The position numbers were made by a program, and so were the translations under genes. A stretch of DNA of 64,000 bases from Myxococcota bacterium. GTDB taxonomy: Bacteria; Myxococcota_A; Polyangia; Polyangiales; Houyiibacteriaceae. This document shows, one piece after another, positions 58,818-64,000 of this stretch; positions within the stretch are counted from its first letter, which is position 1; each line of letters starts with the position of its first letter. The notes below the pieces were generated by a model. It had not been told where the DNA came from, searched no databases, and worked only from the letters and a program-made list of their open reading frames with translations. The stretch covers positions 64,001 through 128,000 of the forward strand of contig JBCCEA010000002.1 in NCBI GenBank assembly GCA_039030515.1, given 5' to 3'.

Positions 58818-60506
58818 ATGCTTGCGTTGAGCCGTGATCCGAACGTCGCCGAGCGTCAGATGCAGGCGGTGATTTTCTATCTCACCACCTTCGGATACAT
58901 CGACGGGGATTTTGACAGTTCCGAACGAGAATTTGTCCGCAACTACATTGGTGAACTGGTAGCGCATCGAGTTCAGTCCGGGGTGTCGGGCAACGATGAG
59001 CTTAAGCAGGAACTGATCGACCGATTTACCAAGCATTTTCATGAAGTCTTCGAAAGGATCGATCGACACATACAGGACCTATTTACCGAAGCAGTCGCCG
59101 CACAGGAACATCAGAACGCCTTCATCCATGCAAAACTCAAACTGAGATGTTTTGAAATCTTCCAGAGTTTTGATTCGGCGAGCCAAGAGTCGTTGATGGA
59201 GACGATCGACGCCTTGATCGAGGCAGACGGAGAAACACATCCTGCGGAAGTCACTTTTCGAGCCGAACTCACAGAGTTACTCGAATCACAGGTCGACATG
59301 GAACTCGTTGGAGACGACGAAGCGTCACATCGCATCACCCTGAGCGAGCCGAGTGAGGTGGAACCAGCGACGGGAGCGCACGCCTTTTTTGATCAGTTCG
59401 AGTACCACTACTCCAAGGATCCTTCACGGATACAAAAGCAAATACGGGCAGATCGAGATCTGCTCACCGAGGCCATTCATTTATTTGATCGCCAGCGACG
59501 GGAAGGAGAAGGTCGCCTCAAGGGAGCTTCGTCCGTAGCGGCATTTGCCGGGCTCGAACCGTTCTTGGATGGACATGTATACGTACATCCAATCCAGCCC
59601 GGTCAGCGATACGAACTCACAGTGCTCGGGGACCTGCACGGCTGCTATAGTTGCCTGAAGGGTGCAACGCTGCAGTCCAAATTCTTCGAGCGCGTCAACG
59701 CCTATCATGAAAACCCGGAAACCGCCCCGTTTCCGCTTCTCGTACTGCTGGGCGACTACATAGACCGAGGCCTGTTCAGTCTCAATGGCGTGCTTCGGAC
59801 CGTGCTGCAGCTGGCGATTTGCGCACCGAAACATGTGGTCGTACTCCGCGGCAACCACGAATACTATCTAGAATATAAGGGAGAAGTGTATGGTGGGGTA
59901 AAGCCCGCTGAAGCCATAGACACGCTCAAACCTCATCTTCCGGCCGAGGTATTTCAACACTACATGCGGCTATTTGAGGCGATGCCGAACATGCTTTTTT
60001 TCGATCGCATGCTCTTTGTGCACGGCGGGATTCCCAGAGACCGTCTAATTCGCGAGCGGTGGAAGGATATGTCGACGCTCAACGATCCCGAAGTTCGTTT
60101 TCAAATGCTCTGGAGCGATCCGAGCAGCGCCGACGTGATCCCGGCGCAACTGCAGCAACAGTCCGCCAGATTTCCTTTTGGCAAACTGCAGGCAGCCGCA
60201 TTCTTGCTTCGGCTCGGATGCCACACGATCGTTCGGGGTCACGAACGCGTCGATGAGGGTTTTCGAGTGGTTTATGACGATCCCAGAGTCAAGCTCTGGT
60301 CGTTGTTCTCAGCCGGCGGCGAGGACAACCAGGACCTCCCTCCAGATTCGAGCTACCGCAGCGTCAAACCTAAAGCGCTTACTATCAGTTACCGCGACAG
60401 CGTGGCTCACGCTCAGCCCTGGGGAATCGACTACTCAAGTTTCAACGACCCAGAGAAAAACGCGTTCTTCAAGAGCAAGCCCGAAATAGACCATAAAACA
60501 GGCTAA
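58818..60506 (+). CDS. TerB-like domain fused to a PPP-family Ser/Thr metallophosphatase
   Basis: IDGDFDSSERE and ADGETHPAE (TerB-like); GDLHG, GDYIDRG, RGNHE, VHGG, LWSDP, RGHE, LFSA. Confidence 0.8.
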   Translation: MLALSRDPNVAERQMQAVIFYLTTFGYIDGDFDSSEREFVRNYIGELVAHRVQSGVSGNDELKQELIDRFTKHFHEVFERIDRHIQDLFTEAVAAQEHQNAFIHAKLKLRCFEIFQSFDSASQESLMETIDALIEADGETHPAEVTFRAELTELLESQVDMELVGDDEASHRITLSEPSEVEPATGAHAFFDQFEYHYSKDPSRIQKQIRADRDLLTEAIHLFDRQRREGEGRLKGASSVAAFAGLEPFLDGHVYVHPIQPGQRYELTVLGDLHGCYSCLKGATLQSKFFERVNAYHENPETAPFPLLVLLGDYIDRGLFSLNGVLRTVLQLAICAPKHVVVLRGNHEYYLEYKGEVYGGVKPAEAIDTLKPHLPAEVFQHYMRLFEAMPNMLFFDRMLFVHGGIPRDRLIRERWKDMSTLNDPEVRFQMLWSDPSSADVIPAQLQQQSARFPFGKLQAAAFLLRLGCHTIVRGHERVDEGFRVVYDDPRVKLWSLFSAGGEDNQDLPPDSSYRSVKPKALTISYRDSVAHAQPWGIDYSSFNDPEKNAFFKSKPEIDHKTG

Positions 60507-60572
60507 ACCAAGCTGGCTCGTATGGTAGCAGTTAAGCTCACTGAACTAGGTGCGCTGGGTAGCATCGATCGA

Positions 60573-62579
60573 CTAAACGCCGAGCAGCTGTTCCACCTCT
60601 TCGCAAACGCGTTCTTCGGTGATTCCAAATTCGCGATAGAGTCGATTCTGTGGTGCGGAAGCACCGAAATGCTCCAGGGTAACAAACGCAGATCGTGTTC
60701 CGACCCAACGGTCCCATCCCTGACGCACTCCAGCTTCAACCACCACCGTCGGCAAAGCCTTGGGTAGCACTTCCTTCTGGTACTCAGGGGACTGCGCGGC
60801 AAACATTTCCCAAGAGGGCATCGATACCACCCTCGCCCGGATGTCCTGCTTTTGCAAGCGTGCCGCTGCAGCGAGAGCCACATGTACTTCACTCCCTGAA
60901 GCTACCAAAACCACATCATCTAACGCGCTAGACTGTGATGGGTCTTCATCAGAAACATGCCTAGACACCACATAGGCACCTCGGACTGCACCGGCGGTCG
61001 TCGCGGGCGGCAGTACGGGCAGCGGTTGTCGACTGAGGATCAAAGCCGTGGGACCGCTGTACTGCATCACCGCTTGCCAACAGATCACGGTCTCATTTGC
61101 GTCCGCCGGTCGAAATACCCGAAGTCCCGGGATCGCTCTCAGCATAGCCAAATGCTCCACCGGCTGATGCGTCGGCCCGTCTTCTCCAAGTCCTATGGAA
61201 TCGTGGGTGAAGATATAACGAACCGGCAACCCCATCAGCGCCGCCAAACGAATTGCAGGCTTCATGTAGTCACTAAAAACTAGGAACGTCGCAGCAAAGG
61301 GTAGGACACCCCGATGAAGCGCCATACCGCTTGCTGCCGCAGTCATCGCGTGTTCCCGCACTCCCCAATGAACCACGCGAGGGATCTTTGTCGTTTCGGC
61401 TCCAAAAGAGGCTCCATCGATTTGGGTATTGTTGGAACCCGCTAGGTCCGCAGAACCTCCGCAGAACTCCGGAATACGTCGAGCCAGCGCTGCAAGGACC
61501 TGACCGCTCGCCTTTCGAGTCGCGACCGGATACTGCTGGGTGAACATCGGTAGCTGCTCCGCCCAGTCCTTCGGGAGCGCGCCTTGCAAGACGCGTCTGA
61601 ACTCTTGAGCTTCCATCGGGTACGCTGCCTCATATGCCTCGAGACCTGTGCGCCAAGTGGCATGCGCTTCTTTGCCTCGCGCAAGAATCTGCTGCTTTGC
61701 GCCCTGAAGTTCCGCAGGTAGTTCGAACGGATCATAGGGCCATTTCATCTCCGATCTCGTCGCTGCAACTTCCGCCTCACCGAGTGGAGCTCCGTGCGCC
61801 GCAGGCGTTCCTCGTTTGTTCGGAGAGGGCCATCCGATAACCGTGCGCATTCGGATGAGACTTGGTCTCGGATCCATCTTCGCCTGCTCAGCCACTGCAC
61901 AAAGAGCATCCAGATCGTCGCCCGCATCGACGCTGGCAGTGTGCCACCCGTATGCGTCAAAACGCTTGAGCACTTGCTCGGTAAACGTCAGTTCGGTGGA
62001 ACCATCGATGGTGATTCGATTGTCATCCCAAAAGACGATCAGCTTGCCGAGACTCAGATGTCCCGCCAGCGATGCCGCTTCCGCTGCAACTCCCTCCATC
62101 AAGTCACCATCACTCGCGATCACCCAGATGCGATGATCGACCAGCGTGTGATCGGGTCTGTTAAAACGTGCCGCGAGATGTCGCTCCGCCATCGCCATGC
62201 CAACCGCGTTGGCGATACCTTGACCGAGCGGACCGGTTGTGGTCTCGACCCCGGGCGTGTGGCCGTATTCGGGATGCCCCGGGGTACGGCTTCCCCACTG
62301 ACGAAACGCCTTGAGATCGTCTACCTCTAGCTCGTAACCCGAGAGGTGAAGCAATGCATATTGCAGCATCGATGCATGACCGCACGAGAGCACGAAACGG
62401 TCCCGGTCAGACCACTCGGGATCCAGGGGATCGTGGCGTCGAAGCCGTGAAAAAAGCGCCCAACCTATCGGAGCCAGCGCCATCGGCGTACCGGGGTGAC
62501 CCGAGTTGGCCGCCTGCACGGCATCCATAGAAAGGGCTCGGATAGCGCCCAACGCGAAATCGTCAACGGAAGAGTTCAT
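60573..62579 (-). CDS. tkt: Transketolase
   Basis: [47 protein letters not shown]. Confidence 0.98.
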   Translation of the reverse strand: MNSSVDDFALGAIRALSMDAVQAANSGHPGTPMALAPIGWALFSRLRRHDPLDPEWSDRDRFVLSCGHASMLQYALLHLSGYELEVDDLKAFRQWGSRTPGHPEYGHTPGVETTTGPLGQGIANAVGMAMAERHLAARFNRPDHTLVDHRIWVIASDGDLMEGVAAEAASLAGHLSLGKLIVFWDDNRITIDGSTELTFTEQVLKRFDAYGWHTASVDAGDDLDALCAVAEQAKMDPRPSLIRMRTVIGWPSPNKRGTPAAHGAPLGEAEVAATRSEMKWPYDPFELPAELQGAKQQILARGKEAHATWRTGLEAYEAAYPMEAQEFRRVLQGALPKDWAEQLPMFTQQYPVATRKASGQVLAALARRIPEFCGGSADLAGSNNTQIDGASFGAETTKIPRVVHWGVREHAMTAAASGMALHRGVLPFAATFLVFSDYMKPAIRLAALMGLPVRYIFTHDSIGLGEDGPTHQPVEHLAMLRAIPGLRVFRPADANETVICWQAVMQYSGPTALILSRQPLPVLPPATTAGAVRGAYVVSRHVSDEDPSQSSALDDVVLVASGSEVHVALAAAARLQKQDIRARVVSMPSWEMFAAQSPEYQKEVLPKALPTVVVEAGVRQGWDRWVGTRSAFVTLEHFGASAPQNRLYREFGITEERVCEEVEQLLGV

Positions 62580-62630
62580 GGTCGCGCGCGGATCTAGCAG
62601 CGATCTCGAAGATTGGCTATCGCGACCTCA

Positions 62631-64000
62631 CTATTGAAAATTATAGTTGACCGCGAAAGAAAGGACATGAAAGTGGGAAGAATATGTTCCTGAGTTCACC
62701 ACGGTTCCGGCGCCAGACTCAGCAAACGCGACTGCTTCTTCTCTCGTTGTAGAGTCATTGCCCTCAGCGACCACCTGCTCGATTCGAGCATCCTCCTGAG
62801 AGACGCGCATGGTCTTGTTTCGCAAAAACGCATAGGCGATCGAAAGGTCGAGCTTACCAAACCGCAAGGTTCCGCCAGTGTGCAAGCCGTAACGCTGATG
62901 GGGCATGAAGTCCAAAGTGTTGTACCCGTCGCTAACGCCGTTAGTTTCGAAGGAGAACCCGGCACGTACCGCCGCAAAACCCGGGACGACGTTATAATCT
63001 CCACCCAGTCGAAGAGAGACCTGGTCACGCCATCGGTGGGGAACCGCAGCGACATCTGGCAGGCTGGTTGCAAGATCGAGAAGGGGAATCGTAGCATCGT
63101 CTGCAACATCGATGATGAAGTCGTCCACCAGGGAGTTTCGCTCGTAAACGACGTTCAGCTCCACATCAAAGCGCTCGGTCGCCATCGAATCTTGAATGCC
63201 CGGAGCTCCAGCTACCACACCCCGAGGGTCCTGAGTTCGGGGCGCGATGCGATCTGAATAGCGAACGCCGAAAGCGAGCTGCCACGGCTGGGGCGCATGC
63301 AGAGTGTTGCCTCCAATGTTCTTTTTACAGGTAGGAAAGGGTGGAATCAGCCCGAGATCGATATTGTCGCAGTTCTCGATTCGATCGCTTGGGCTGGCCT
63401 GATAGTAGCGGGGCGTGAAGGTCAGGTCTCCATCCGCGTTGACGTCGTCCTGCCATAAAAAACTGACCATCACATCGAGGTTGTCGTAGGGAATGGCGTG
63501 AGCGCTCACCATGAATCGGGGGATGAAGGCATCGGTAGCGTTGAGACGGGTGCGAATATCCTGGCCGAGAACCTCGGAACCTAAGGCCACCGACATCATA
63601 GAATAGTCAAAAATTCCAACGCCCCATCCGAAGCTTGCCCCCACCGAAAAACGAGGATGAATACGGTACCCAGCCCCTACGGTGGGGTAAAAAATGAGAA
63701 GTTCAGACGAAAGCAGCTGATAGCGCGAAGGTGAAGGCAACTGTCCGACCTGATGCTGATCGTAATCTACAACCAGGTCAGAGTTGCCGAACTGCGTCGA
63801 ACCTACTGCGGGCGGAGCCAATATTCCGAAGCCGACCCCCAGCTTTTCAGACACTCTCCAAGTGAACGCCAGCTCAGGAACGACATTCGCCGGTCCCGAA
63901 TTGCAAACCTCTCGCAATTCAGCGCGACCGTAACCATTGGGTAGCCCGTCGGTTGCTGCGCCAAAACGCGTCGTGGGCTCTCCAGCTACCGTATCTGCAC
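62631..64000 (-). CDS. Outer-membrane beta-barrel of the FadL/TodX (OMPP1) type (5' partial)
   Basis: Frame is open to the window edge; WRDQVSLRLGGDY, AVRAGFSFE, C-terminal VNYNFQ. Confidence 0.75.
   Translation of the reverse strand, partial: ADTVAGEPTTRFGAATDGLPNGYGRAELREVCNSGPANVVPELAFTWRVSEKLGVGFGILAPPAVGSTQFGNSDLVVDYDQHQVGQLPSPSRYQLLSSELLIFYPTVGAGYRIHPRFSVGASFGWGVGIFDYSMMSVALGSEVLGQDIRTRLNATDAFIPRFMVSAHAIPYDNLDVMVSFLWQDDVNADGDLTFTPRYYQASPSDRIENCDNIDLGLIPPFPTCKKNIGGNTLHAPQPWQLAFGVRYSDRIAPRTQDPRGVVAGAPGIQDSMATERFDVELNVVYERNSLVDDFIIDVADDATIPLLDLATSLPDVAAVPHRWRDQVSLRLGGDYNVVPGFAAVRAGFSFETNGVSDGYNTLDFMPHQRYGLHTGGTLRFGKLDLSIAYAFLRNKTMRVSQEDARIEQVVAEGNDSTTREEAVAFAESGAGTVVNSGTYSSHFHVLSFAVNYNFQ

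Overview
A GC-rich bacterial chromosomal window. Its gene content (several Hanks-type kinases, Gly-rich PGRS-like and Cys-rich lipoproteins, PilZ proteins, several sigma54-type promoters) suggests a myxobacterium-like organism (Myxococcota); this is inferred from gene content only. Housekeeping genes include pyrG, rph-rdgB, dinB, dnaX-ybaB-recR, panD, purB-purC-proS, feoAB with a Fur-like box, tkt, a DeaD-like helicase, tRNA-Arg(TCT) and tRNA-Leu(TAA). Accessory highlights: (1) a poly-gamma-glutamate operon (pgsB-pgsC-pgsW-like) translationally coupled to a lipoprotein with a degenerate OmpA-like domain; (2) two coupled c-type haem lipoproteins upstream of a eukaryote-type AdoMet decarboxylase; (3) a TerB-like/eukaryote-type PPP phosphatase fusion divergent from feoAB; (4) a receptor-like pseudokinase, a kinase-receiver fusion and a PilZ-HxlR fusion; (5) two lower-GC orphan segments with interrupted reading frames and possible toxin-like C-terminal domains, one at the 3' end of tRNA-Leu; (6) a recurring pattern in which the last 15-21 bp of a gene, including its stop codon, is tandemly repeated (seven minus-strand genes). 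No CRISPR array, rRNA, integrase or transposase was seen. All calls come from reading motifs by eye; no searches were run.
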